Origin: Octopus bimaculoides
Taxonomy: Eukaryota
DNA: 62,057 nt
Direction of reading: 5' to 3'
Assembly: GCF_001194135.2 (NCBI RefSeq)
Contig: NC_068983.1
Span: 59,220,537-59,282,593 of the forward strand
In this document: in pieces, positions 50,150-62,057 of the stretch
Layout: the number at the start of each line of letters is the position of its first letter
Numbering within the stretch: the stretch's first letter is position 1
Notes under the pieces: generated by a model
Seen by the model: only the letters and a program-made list of their open reading frames with translations
What the model was told of the DNA's origin: nothing
Database searches by the model: none
Program-made: the position numbers and the translations under genes

Positions 50150-50894
50150 TAACAAACTATATATATATATTGTTCAGTTGAAGGGGCTTGGCTTGTAAGT
50201 GACTTAGCAACCTCACTAGTGCTGGTACCATGAAAAAATCAGTTCTGTAAAGTAGTTGGCATTAGAAAGAACATCCGGTTGTAGAAACCATATCATAGCA
50301 GATATTGGAGCTCGATACAGTCCTGCAGTTTGTGATATACTGCAAGACCACAAAATCCATGCCAGCATGGAAGATGAACACTAAATAACAATGATGATAA
50401 GTATCTTTGTATCATATTATAAACAGATATACTTACTATATGAGCTGAAGTTTTATCTGTACAAGCATTAGCACTGTGAGCTCTGAATTCATTGAATAGC
50501 ATTTCAGTTCTTTTCTTATGTTCATTAAAATTCTAGTTTAATTCATAATTACCCATGATGTGTTTCTATGCATATATTATATAGATGCTGTTAATATATG
50601 CACTCGGTTTCTGAATAGATGTCCAACAAACATTCTTAGTCAATCTCCCATAAGGCTACAATCAGAATGTAGCAGACTTCAACCTGCAATATTTTAAACC
50701 AACTAAATAATTCAAGAAATTTCACTCACAGACACTTTCTGCATGAAAAATAGTCAGTAGGTATGCTAATGTTAACATATTTAATGCAAGAAACATTAAA
50801 AAAAAAAAACCTAAATGCCATGTCAAACTTTGTTCTCTTGCTCTCCGCCTATGTACATACCATATATGCATGTGTATGTGCGTATACGTTCTTT

Positions 50895-51350
50895 TATTTG
50901 TTTCAGTCATTTGACTGCGGCCATGCTGGAGCACCGCCTTTAGTTAAGCAAATCGACCCCAGGACTTATTCTTTGTAAGCCTAGTACTTATTCTATCAGT
51001 GTCTCTTTTGCCAANNNNNNNNNNTAAGCCTAGTACTTATTCTATCAGTGTCTCTTTTGCCAAACCGCTAAGTTACAGGGACGTAAACACACCAGCATCA
51101 GTTTCAAGTGATGTTGTAGGACAAACACAGACACACAAATACACACACACACACACATACACACACACCCACATATATATATGTACAATGGGCTTTTTTC
51201 AGCTTCCATCTACCAAATCCACTCACATGGCTTTGGTCTGCCCGAGGCTATAGTAGAAGACACTTGCCCAAGGTGCCATGCATTAGGATTGAACCCGGAA
51301 CCATGTGGTTGGTAAGCAAGCTACTTACCACACACCCACTCCTGCACCTA
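50895..51350 (-). mobile_element. Family B SINE, full length
   Basis: Head and tail as other copies; 10-N gap with a ~40-nt duplication inside. Confidence 0.88.
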
Positions 51351-52279
51351 TATATATNNNNNNNNNNNNNNNNNNNNTATATATATATATAATGTACCAC
51401 ATTGGTAGTATTAAAAATGCATTGTGTACATGTTGCAAAGTAGTTGGTGTTAGAAAAGGTATCCAGCCATATAGACAATGCCAAACCAATCAAAACTATA
51501 CTAGCATGGAACATGGACAATAAATGACAATAACAATGAAGTGTGTGTGTGTGTGTGTGTGTTCCATAATCCTTTTCAAACCAACCAATCTGACACTGCC
51601 CCTGGCTCAATGGCACAAATTTCCTGTTTTAAAGTGATTTAAATTAAAATCTAACATCACTACTTCATGTTAATTTATGTTCCACACACCAGTTTAATAA
51701 TTACAGTTGCTTCATTAAATTCTTCATTATTTTCAAACTAATACAAACAAAGATAGTGTATTTCAACAGGAATATGGTAAAAAAAAAAGGGTGGGGGCTA
51801 AATGCATTTATGCTAAATTAAGTATTCAACCGTTTTCACCTATGAGCAATTTATTTCTTGAATATATTTACTAATTTATGCTATCATACACAACACTGTA
51901 CAATGGTGAAACCTGCCTCAAGTCACATTCTACTATTTCACAGAAAGACTCATTGATTTATGCAGTCTTCAAAATACAAAGAGACAATATCGATACAGCA
52001 CGAATGTTTTTCATTATAAATCTGTTCAATGAGAGCTGGCATGGGGGTTAAAGAACAGCAGCAGTAAAAAAAACCAACATTACAAGATTAATAGCAATAT
52101 CTGCCAAGTCTTGATAAGTGAGTTATAGATATCTTCAAGTGTTTGGTTTACTATCCCAAACATTGGTATTAGCACAGGCACTGCAAAAGCATTACATGAC
52201 ATGTTCATATTGAATGCACACAGCACTGACTTTCATACCATCAGCAAAAGTATTCCTTTCTCCATCTTGTATTATTCAC

Positions 52280-52940
52280 TCCCGCTGACTGGCCCCCGTG
52301 CTGGTGGCACGTAAAAAGCACTATCCAAATGTGATTGATGCCAGGCCCGCCTGACTGCCGCCTGTATTGGTGGCATGTAAAAATCACCCACTACACTCTT
52401 GGAGTGGTTGGTGTTAGGATGGGGATCCAGCTGTAAAAACACTGCCAGATCAGATTGGAGCCTGGTGCAGCTGCTGGCTCTCCAGACCTCAGTCAAACCA
52501 TCCAACCCATGCCAGCATGGAAAGCAGACGTTAAACAATGATGATGATGATGATGACCNNNNNNNNNNNNNNNNNNNNNNNNNNNNNNNNNNNNNNNNNN
52601 NNNNNNNNNNNNNNNNNNNNNNNNNNNNNNNNNNNNNNNNNNNNNNNNNNNNNNNNNNNNNNNNNNNNNNNNNNNNNNNNNNNNNNNNNNNNNNNNNNNN
52701 NNNNNNNNNNNNNNNNNNNNNNNNNNNNNNNNNNNNNNNNNNNNNNNNNNNNNNNNNNNNNNNNNNNNNNNNNNNNNNNNNNNNNNNNNNNNNNNNNNNN
52801 NNNNNNNNNNNNNNNNNAAAACACTGCCAGATCAGATTGGAGCCTGGTGCAGCTGCTGGCTCTCCAGACCTCAGTCAAACCATCCAACCCATGCCAGCAT
52901 GGAAAGCAGACGTTAAACAATGATGATGATGATGATGACC
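52280..52940 (+). mobile_element. Family A repeat whose 3' ~120 nt recur identically after a gap
   Basis: 52437-52558 equals 52818-52939. Confidence 0.8.
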
Positions 52941-53074
52941 ACCATATGTAACATTCTTCTAAATTCTGAGATGTTTGCTGTTTGCTTGTACGTATATGTA
53001 ACTACAAAACACATACATACTATATACATATATATCATCAATTGCCTTTTAACATCCATCTTTCGTACTGAAAT

Positions 53075-53375
53075 AACAGACTCTCCTCCCATTGTTAAAC
53101 GATGTATGAGGGTTCGACAATTTCTTACTGAACAACCACACAGATGATTTGTTTGTAGTGATTGAATGTTTGTGTAGACATAAGCTCACTCCCTCCCTCA
53201 AATCAACATTACCTGTATAGGTGCAACTGGGTGTCGCAGTCAGATGTCGAAATGATTGTAGAACAATGTGAAATGAAGTGATTTGTTCAAGAACACAATG
53301 CAACGCCCGGTCTGAGAATTGAACCCATGATCTCGCAATCATGAGTGCAACACCCTAACCACTAAGCCATGTGCC
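53075..53375 (-). mobile_element. Family D tRNA-SINE
   Basis: ggcacatggcttagtggttagggtgttgcactcatgattgcgagatcatgggttcaattc on minus. Confidence 0.85.
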
Positions 53376-54439
53376 GTGACATACTGAAATATATACATAT
53401 ACATTATATATATATATATATATATATATATANNNNNNNNNNNNNNNNNNNNNNNNNNNNNNNNNNNNNNNNNNNNNNNNNNNNNNNNNNNNNNNNNNNN
53501 NNNNNNNNNNNNNNNNNNNNNNNNNNNNNNNNNNNNNNNNNNNNNNNNNNNNNNNNNNNNNNNNNNNNNNNNNNNNNNNNNNNNNNNNNNNNNNNNNNNN
53601 NNNNNNNNNNNNNNNNNNNNNNNNNNNNNNNNNNNNNNNNNNNNNNNNNNNNNNNNNNNNNNNNNNNNNNNNNNNNNNNNNNNNNNNNNNNNNNNNNNNN
53701 NNNNNNNNNNNNNNNNNNNNNNNNNNNNNNNNNNNNNNNNNNNNNNNNNNNNNNNNNNNNNNNNNNNNNNNNNNNNNNNNNNNNNNNNNNNNNNNNNNNN
53801 NNNNATATATATGCACATATATGTGAGTTCATGTGAGCATGTGTATATATGCATTAGTTTATATATGTGTGACAGGGAAGAACAGAGATAAATAAAGAGA
53901 AGACAAATGTCAGAATATGAAATAAGTATATGTATCTGTGTATATACAGGCTTATGCATACAAACATAAGCACACACACATAATTAATTTCATCATGATG
54001 TATTATTTAATTGAAAATGTACTTTAAAGAAAGAGAAAGGAAGAGAACAAAATTCTGTGAAAAGCTGTTTGGTAGGATTAAAGTAAATTAAAGTCTCTGT
54101 GTTGACGTAAAAGTACATTACAATTAAATAACAATCTAGATGCTTAGTGAATTATCTCTGTTACTTAGAAAAGAGGAGTTTACGAAAAACATACGCACAT
54201 ACATAAAATATGTATTTGCATAGTGTGTGTGTGTGTGTGTGTGTGTGTCTGTGTGTGTGTGTGTGTTATCCTAATCATGCCACATGATAAACACACTGCT
54301 GTATGTTTAAGATATATTAAAATGAATTAATGATTTTGCTATGATTGCTTGATAATACAAGTAAACAGTCACTGTAATATATAAACATTTCTCTTTCACT
54401 TATTCATTGTGTGTATACACACACACACACACACACATA

Positions 54440-54680
54440 TTGTTCTTATCATCTTCACTCAGCATTCATGTTCCATGCTGGCAAGGGTCAGATGGTTTGA
54501 CAGGATCTGATGGTCACAACGTCTGCAACATGCTCCAGTGTCTACTTCAGATTGGATTCCATGACTGGATGCCTTTCCTGACACCAACCATTTTGCAACA
54601 TGCGCTGGGTGCTTTTTTTTTTTTCCTGCCACGCCACTAGTGAGGTTGCCAAGCAGCTCACAAGATGAGGAACTCAGAAG
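54440..54680 (-). mobile_element. Family A repeat, diverged
   Basis: ttccatgctggcaagggt..gactggatgcctttcctgacacc. Confidence 0.65.
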
Positions 54681-54780
54681 TCGGGCAGCATTACATTAGA
54701 TCAGGAGGTAAAAGTATAGGAGAAGGAAGAAAAGCAGAAGAGGATGTTTTGCAGTAGAAGAACTATATGATTACACAGAT

Positions 54781-55460
54781 TACACAGATTTCGAGTGACT
54801 CCATTAAATCGATCAATGAAAACATTACATCAATTTGAAAGAAACCGCTCTCCTCAGTTGTTGATGACCATATAGATTTCCAACATAAAGGAGAAACCAT
54901 TTTTAACAAATTTATATCAATATTAGAAACCAAGATAATTACATTGTTTCCTTATGTTATATTTGTGGCAGAATGAGTTGAGAAAAAAATGTATATCTTA
55001 TTAAGCCTACTATAATTTAGAGAGTAGCAGAAGAAAATAGTGAGGGTCAAGATATAGGAGTGGTGAGATAGTTATTATATTTACAAGGTTTTATGCAGCA
55101 TCTAGTCTACAACCATTTAGAATTAAATCCATTGAGAGTTGTCAACTGTGTTTTATTTGATAGCAATAAATCAATTAATGCCAGACAATCTCCCAGACCC
55201 TTATTCTACTGGAACCATACCTCTAGCTTTATCTATATAAAAGGTTATGTCTCTTTTCTAAATTCATTCTGCCACAAATATAACATAAGAAAACAATGTA
55301 ATTATTTTGGTTTCTAATATTGATATAAGTTTGTTAAGAATGGTTTATCCTTTATGCTGGAAATCTATATGGTCATCTACGTCTGAGGAGAGTGGTTTCT
55401 TTCAAATTGATGTAATGTCTTCATTGATCGATTAAATGAAGCCACTCGAAACGGCTGTTA
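54781..55460. mobile_element. Foldback MITE with ~200-bp TIRs
   Basis: tttcgagtgactcc..atttgtggcagaatga (54789-54976) vs tcattctgccacaaat..gccactcgaaacggctgtta (55265-55460). Confidence 0.88.
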
Positions 55461-55557
55461 CGGACATCCTTGTTACTTATTTTACTTATTTACATTCTGT
55501 GCAGACCATACCGAACTGGCTTGGTGCTTCAATTTAAGTATCTAATTCAACTGAATC

Positions 55558-55589
<32 letters not shown>

Positions 55590-55676
55590 TTCGTATGTGT
55601 ATGTCGTGTGCAAGATTCTTGATGTGGATACGTGTGTTGAAAGAAATACAATTAAACCTTGTTTATNNNNNNNNNN

Positions 55677-55728
<52 letters not shown>

Positions 55729-55868
55729 TATATATTGACGTTAGGAAGGGCATCCAGCTGTAGAAACTCTGCCAGATCTGATTGGAGCCATCTTGTTCAC
55801 CAGTCCACAGTCAAATCGTCCAACCCATGCTAGCATGGAAAGCGGACGTTAAACAATGATGATGATGA

Positions 55869-55965
<97 letters not shown>

Positions 55966-57106
55966 TGTATATGTGTGTGTATAGTGATGGTACTATAATT
56001 AAATGCACCCCATTCAATTTGTTAAGTGGGAGGCCGTGAGGATCCTTTAATCTTGTCAAAGACATGACGATTCCAAAGCAATGGCGCCATGTAAAAACAA
56101 AATGCACCCGGCACACTAGTACACTGAGTAATGTGTTTGGTGCTGGAAAGAGTATCCAGCCATAGAAATCAAGTCAGAAATGAAGCTTCCAAGAGAGATG
56201 TGATCCTGTACAATCCTGGTGATGATGGAATGCAGCAGCAAAATGATGATGATAGTGATGATAATAGAGGAAGGACATTATTTTTAGAACATCCAACAAA
56301 ATGCAGTGCTCTATTTCTTTCCATTCTATGTTCTGAGTTCAAGTCACACTATGTTCGACATCGTCTTTCCTCTTTCCTGAAAGCATAAAATCAAGTACCA
56401 GTCAGTCTCTGGGGTTAATATAATCAACTATTCCCCTCCCTGAGATTTCAGGCCTTGCATAGATTTGTTAGAAATAATTACGTATCACTTTAAATGAATT
56501 GAAACATATTTTGATATGAATCTGGTCCGAAAAGATTTAATCTCATAACATAGGTTATAATCATTGATTGCGATAAATACTTGAATTATACTTCATAATC
56601 TCAATTCAATAGAACTTCATAGAAGTGACAGTAAACAGCAATGTCACAGTCAATATATGAAATTAATTTTGCTATGCAAGTCACTGTTGTCTATGTCTGC
56701 AGTTCCTGCGATAACTTTGTTCATATGGTAATGGACTTCACACAGCAATTAATATAGCAAATTGTGTTTGGCAAGAAGCAATGTATATGTAGGAAGAAAT
56801 AGTAAGCCACGAGTTCATGAAACCAGGAATCTGGGTACCAAAATGTGAGCAAGTCATTATGTGTGTGAGTGAGTGTGTGCACGCGCATGCATGCATCTGT
56901 GTGTGTGTGCATGCGTATCATCATCATTTTAACATCTAACCTGTGGGTCGCGGGCCCAGCATACTTCCACTGTGCCATTCTTCTCAACAAGTGATTAAGG
57001 AAATATATTAATGTATCATTTCTTATATTGCCTGTTCTGGATTACATTACTCCTATATCATATCATCTCTTATATTTATTATTATTTGCTTATTTCTCTG
57101 CATTAG

Positions 57107-57214
57107 ACTGTTCCAAATATACGGAAAAAGACTAACCACACAATACATGCTGCAGCACCAGGATGTTATTAACTTACTGAAAGATAACATTCCACTCTGC
57201 CGATTCTCCAAGAG
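57107..57214 (+). CDS. Candidate symmetric exon (108 nt, phase 2-2): LFQIYGKRLTTQYMLQHQDVINLLKDNIPLCRFSK; family not recognised
   Basis: tgcttatttctctgcattag| acceptor, GAG|gtacat donor, 35 stop-free codons in unique sequence. Confidence 0.35.
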
Positions 57215-59128
57215 GTACATTTAACAAACCACATGCATAGATGCATGCGTTGCAAATTTTTCTGGGTGTCTCTTCATTTATTACTTTCCGATGAGCCGGA
57301 AGCAATTCAATTCTATAAATGCTTCCCCAGCACAGTGCAGCAAGTGAACTTGCTAGTATTAACATGTATGTAGTGGAAAAACTGACAAAGAAAATTTTCT
57401 TGTTTTTACTTTGTATTCAATGTATAAAATAATTTTCTTCAGTTTTGTTTTTTTTTTTTGATACAAAAAAAATAAAATAATAAAATTACCGTTGCACATA
57501 ATAAAACTATAAGAGATGTAGACAAAGTATGCAATTTGAAAAGCAGTGTTTCATACAAAATTTTTGTTTCGAATGCCATGTAAAATCACACAAAATTGAA
57601 AAACAATTATTGGAAAGACTAGTTTAGAAAAATGAACAAGAGCTGTTTGCCACTATTTTTACTTTAACAACTTCACAAACAAAATAATTATGGAAGTTGT
57701 TTGTTTATGGGGTTAACTCAAGTTGTCTGATATACACCATTCTTTCTTGTTTCACCTTTGTTATTTTTTTCTGCTTCTTTTTGTTGTGAGTTATCACTCA
57801 CAGGTTTTTCTTCTCTTTCTCTTTTTTTTTTTTTTTGTGCAATTCTCTAAAGAATGAAACAAACTCGTATACAAAAGAAGAAAAAAATTTTTTTAGATAT
57901 TTGCCTAAGAAGCAGTTACTTTATCTGAAACGACTTTCATTTTAATTGATTCTTAACACGATAGAACAAGTAAAATGAAACTGAAGGCAAGATGTTTGTT
58001 AAAAAAAGAAAAAAATTAAACACAACCTACACAAACTCCTAAACCTGATTGTTAAGTGATAACTGCTTGCTTTGTCTACAGAAGTTATTGTATAATTTAG
58101 TAGAAAATAGATACGTCAGATGTCATTTACTCTACAAATTTTCATATATCTGCCCATCAGCTAATGAATAAGCAAAATTCTAATGACGAGTAGTAGAAGC
58201 CTATTTGAAAAGTTCACTTAGGTTATTTAACAGTCAATGTTAAGTGTATTGGAATTGCTGTTTAACAAAACAACAATTTCTAATGATTTAGTAAAAATAA
58301 AAAACCACTGTCTTCTCGATTTGCATGAAAAGCCATAGCAGGACTTTGGGGCCTGAAATAGAAGGAGAGCTTTTCAATTGTATATAATAGGATACAAACA
58401 AAAATGTAATTTATCTCACTTTGGAACTGGAGATTGTCTCCAGCATTTTCTTGTTGTCAGCTCTGCAATAGAGGTGTTGCAATCAGGACTTGGCCAGTCT
58501 GTCCTGGTTGCCACAAGTCATTTGATGTCAGTGAGGACCTTGTTGGCAAGGTCAAATGTAAATGAATAACAGGTCAAATGAATAGGAAAAGAAGAGAAAT
58601 GAGAGACGGAAAAGGATGACCAACAGTGCTGATAATTAATTGTGTCACTGGATGAGGAGGAGGAGGAGGGGGAAAATACCAATAATGATGATGGGGACAA
58701 TTTGTTCAACTAAGCCCCTCCAATGTGGTGCCCCAGCATAGCCACCTTAGTTGAACAAATTGTGTCCATTTGTTGTTAGTTTCATTTTTTAAGTTTGATC
58801 CTTATTCTACAAATCTCTTGCTGAAGATCCAAGTTACTGGAATATAATCCAGCACTAGCTGTCAAACAGGGGGCAAGGGTGGAGGGCAGACTCACACACA
58901 CACACGCATGCACACACATACACACACACGATTGGCTTCCACATGTGGGCATGGCTGTGTGGTAAGAAGCTTGCTTCCTAACCACATGTTTCTGGGTTTA
59001 AGTCCCACTGCCCATCACATTGGTGGCAGGTGTCTTCTACTATAGCCTCGAGCTGACCAAGGCTATGGATATGGTAGGCAGAAACTGGAAGAAGCCTGTC
59101 ACATATACATAAATATATATACATACAT

Positions 59129-59260
<132 letters not shown>

Positions 59261-59269
59261 TATTTATAT

Positions 59270-60240
59270 GCTGATGATTTTGCACTTATCGCAGAACCTG
59301 AGGTAGAATTGGAGAAGTTCCAGGTTTGGAAGTAAAACCTGGAATCAAAGGGCCTTAAAGTTAACTTAGCTGTGATTAAAGTTGTTGCTGTTGTTGTTAG
59401 CAAGAAAGAAGATAAGACTCTCATTCTGGCTGGTAAATGGCCCTGCTCAATATGTAGGAAAGGAGTGGGATGTAATTCCATTTGCTGCACCAAGTGTAAG
59501 CCATGGACACATAAGAGATGCAGTGAAAACATGGGAAGGTTATCAAATAAGGTCACTTTCGTGTGTGGCAGATGCACAGAAACAATAAGTACTAAGAGCA
59601 CGAGGGACTTAAACTCTCTCAAATGCCCAGGAAGTTCTCTTGAGGTAGTAGATAGTTTCTGCTATTTAGGTGACCAAATTCGTAATGGTGGTGGATGCTG
59701 TGAAAGTATTGTTTTTAGAATAAGAATAGGGTGGAGGAAGTTCAGAGAACTACCACCTCTGTTGGCAGCAAAAGGACTTTCTCTTAGAGTAAAAGGTAGA
59801 TTGTATGATGCTTGTGTGAGAACGGCTATGTTACATGGTAGTGAGACATGGTAGTGAGACATGTGATAGACATGTGTAAACTGGAGAGGGATGAAGGTAG
59901 TATGCTCCATTGGATCTGCAACATCGGCATGCATGACTGACAAAGCACAACTGTGTTGAGGGAAAAGATGAGCATAAGAGGGATTAAATGTGGCATGCAG
60001 GAGAGGAGAATGCGTTGGTTGGGACATGTGATGTGTATGGGTGAAGACAGCTGTATACAGAAATGCCTGTCGCTGAAAGTGGATGGTACCTGTGGAAGAG
60101 GGAGATTCAGGAAAACATGAGATGAAGTAGTGAGGATTGATCTTAGAATGTTGGGGCTCATGGAGGAAATGACAGTGGACCAAGATTTTTGGTGATATGA
60201 GGTTCTAGAAAAGACCTCCCCACGAAACTGAGTGCTAGAA
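59270..60240 (+). mobile_element. 5'-truncated RTE LINE RT (starts at YADD) with intact C4HC3 PHD-like insert; stops and a 14-nt duplication frameshift
   Basis: LYADDFALIAE..LESKGLKVN..WPCSICRKGVGCNSICCTKCKPWTHKRC..CGRC..VDSFCYLGD..GWRKFREL..KGRLYDACVRTAMLHGSETW. Confidence 0.92.
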
Positions 60241-60389
60241 GAGTTGTGTCCCACCTAGATGTAACAACACACTTTTCACCCACTCTACCCTAAGAAACCA
60301 AACTACAACCCCTCTTCTAATTGCATCTTTCTCTTCCTCACATTTTCTCTTCATAGATTATGATTGTTATCCAATCGCCTGTCTTGCCC

Positions 60390-60610
60390 TCTGTGTGTGT
60401 GTCTGTTTGTTTTTGCCCCCTGCCATTGCTTGATGACTGATGCTGGTGTGTTTACGTAACTTAGCAGTTCGGTAAAAGAGACTAATAGAATAAGTACTAG
60501 GCTTACAAAGAATAAGTTTTGGGGTCGATTTCTTCAACTAAAACCCTTTAAGGCGCTGCTCCAGCATGGCTGCAGTCAAATGACTGAAACAATTAAAAGA
60601 GTAAAAGAAT
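60390..60610 (+). mobile_element. Family B SINE 3' half
   Basis: Tail cagcatggctgcagtcaaatgactgaaac. Confidence 0.85.
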
Positions 60611-61288
60611 ATATACAGAGAGAGTGAAACAGACAGTTGGCCTCAGTGAAATTTGAACTCAGAATATAAAGTTCTGTAACAAATACCACAAGTCATTTTG
60701 TTTTGATGCTTGACTGATGCTGCTAATCCATTACCTTTGTATCATTTCTATATATTAATAAACAGCCAATATAAATGTTGGTTGGATGATTTCCTGAGTT
60801 ATGCAATTCTTCATACAGAGAGGGAGAGAGAGAAATAGAGTAAATGAAATATACAGAGAATTAACATAAGAGATACAGGAATTAATGTACAGCAAGTTTG
60901 GTGCTTCTTACAACTTCATGAACAACCCATAGTTTTTATGAAATTCTACTGAGATAGGGTTTCAATGAAATAGATTGCAATTATGTTGATAAAATAAATT
61001 AAAACACTTCTCTTTTGCAAATTCTAAATGAATATATGTTATCTTTCTAAATTTGAAGGTGATAAATTTTTTTCTGTTAAAAATTAGTATTCATTTCATC
61101 ATTTTGTATCAGCACCAAGAAGTTTGATAAAAGTTAAATGATAATTATTGTATGCATGACATATCCTGATATTACCCAAGAGACAGAAGCACACTTCCAA
61201 AGTTACCTGTTATATGATGGGTAATATTGTGTTGAGTCAAAAGTTTGGCAATATTTTGGCAACTGATTTGTATTATTCAAGTTACAAC

Positions 61289-61574
61289 CAAAGCTGCTTA
61301 GCATTCAATGCAGAGGCCATCGTGTTCTACTCTCTGAAGCCACCTTTCAGCCAGTTCTTTGATCCCAAGCTGATAACAGTTCTTGTTCTTTGAGGTGAAG
61401 AACTCCTTCACTGATGCTTCCCTCCTGCACTTGTGTTGCTTCATCAATCAAGAGAAGGCAGAAACTTCAGTGAAGGCGTTCTTCACCTCGAAGGACAAGA
61501 ACTGGGATCAAAGAACTGGTGGCTTCAGATGGTGCTACACAATGGCCTGTACTTTGAATGCTTGGCTGCTTTTG
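61289..61574. repeat. Palindromic element (MITE-like): ~110-125-bp imperfect arms, ~50-nt loop
   Basis: ccagttctttgatccc / gggatcaaagaactgg, tctgaagcca / tggcttcaga, gaggtgaagaac-ccttcactga / tcagtgaagg-gttcttcacctc. Confidence 0.88.
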
Positions 61575-61689
61575 TCATTTGATGAATAAAGCAAATAAAT
61601 TACCAAGATATTGCAAAATATTAACTCAACACAATAACAATAATAATAATGATGATAATAATAATACAATTAAAAATAATAATAATCTT

Positions 61690-62057
61690 AACTGATTGGA
61701 AGTGTTATCATGTACATTGTTTAGTCTTGGTATAAAAGATGGGCTACAGCAAAGATTCTGTTTAATACCACAGATTTGCTTGTCAGTTGTTTGACCTTAA
61801 CCAGTTGAGCATGTCCCTTGGTGGCTGATGATATGTGCATTTCTGATCACGAGCAGAAGTAGTGGGGGAGCATCATAGCCATGTGTTGAGAGGAATTCTT
61901 TGGGGTTTGGATAGTTCACCTTTGGAAATATGAGTGTTTCATTCAACATTCTTAACCCTCATTCAGAGACCTTTTGAGTAGGATGGGCTACTCAACTTGT
62001 AGAAAAAATTCTAATTGGACCCCACCTGCAAGATCATGTGCCATTTATTTCGATACG
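61690..62057 (+). mobile_element. Family E repeat, preceded by an (AAT)n array and truncated by the window end
   Basis: Strong similarity to 38925-39300. Confidence 0.8.

Larger units (their letters stand above)
4015..55676. other. Assembly gaps: 4015-4349, 5565-6503, 14484-14820, 27804-27813, 31108-31598, 49791-49890, 51015-51024, 51358-51377, 52559-52817, 53433-53804, 55667-55676
   Basis: Runs of N, mostly abutting microsatellites. Confidence 1.

Noticed and set aside
27776-52940. Direct duplications flanking gaps (27784-27803/27814-27833; ~50975-51014/51025-51064; 52437-52558/52818-52939)
   Set aside because: Identical overlaps on both sides of N runs are typical unmerged-contig artefacts
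3936-53977. Long ORFs containing X (e.g. 5405-6526, 5559-6752, 30971-31975, 52399-52923)
   Set aside because: They run through N gaps and are not real frames

Overview
Eukaryotic, AT-rich, repeat-dominated DNA. The SINE families, (ATG)n/(AAT)n tails and (TA)n/(TG)n/(CA)n microsatellites point to a coleoid cephalopod, most likely Octopus (inference from repeat recognition, not a database search). There is no long intact ORF; nearly all ORFs in the track are artefacts of N-gaps, microsatellites or antisense repeat sequence. The window holds at least five interspersed short-repeat families, decayed non-LTR retrotransposons of several clades (RTE with a PHD finger inside the RT, Tx1/L1, CR1-like, R4/Dong-like, HERO-like, Penelope-like), two mariner lineages, hAT/piggyBac/foldback MITEs, minisatellites and 11 assembly gaps. 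The best host-gene evidence is a 54-nt plus-strand exon (6914-6967) encoding NYGSVVVDMFVHFHSSIE, the G-SVVV core of a SEA domain, so the region may be intronic to a large SEA-domain surface protein gene. Other exon candidates rest on splice signals and open frames only. The most distinctive structural signal is a set of long fold-back hairpins, including a 66/67-bp stem whose only mismatch is an A-C in a UAG context. No CRISPR array, rRNA or intact tRNA gene is supported. Repeat boundaries are hand-estimated (about +/-20-50 nt); exon and hairpin coordinates were counted exactly.
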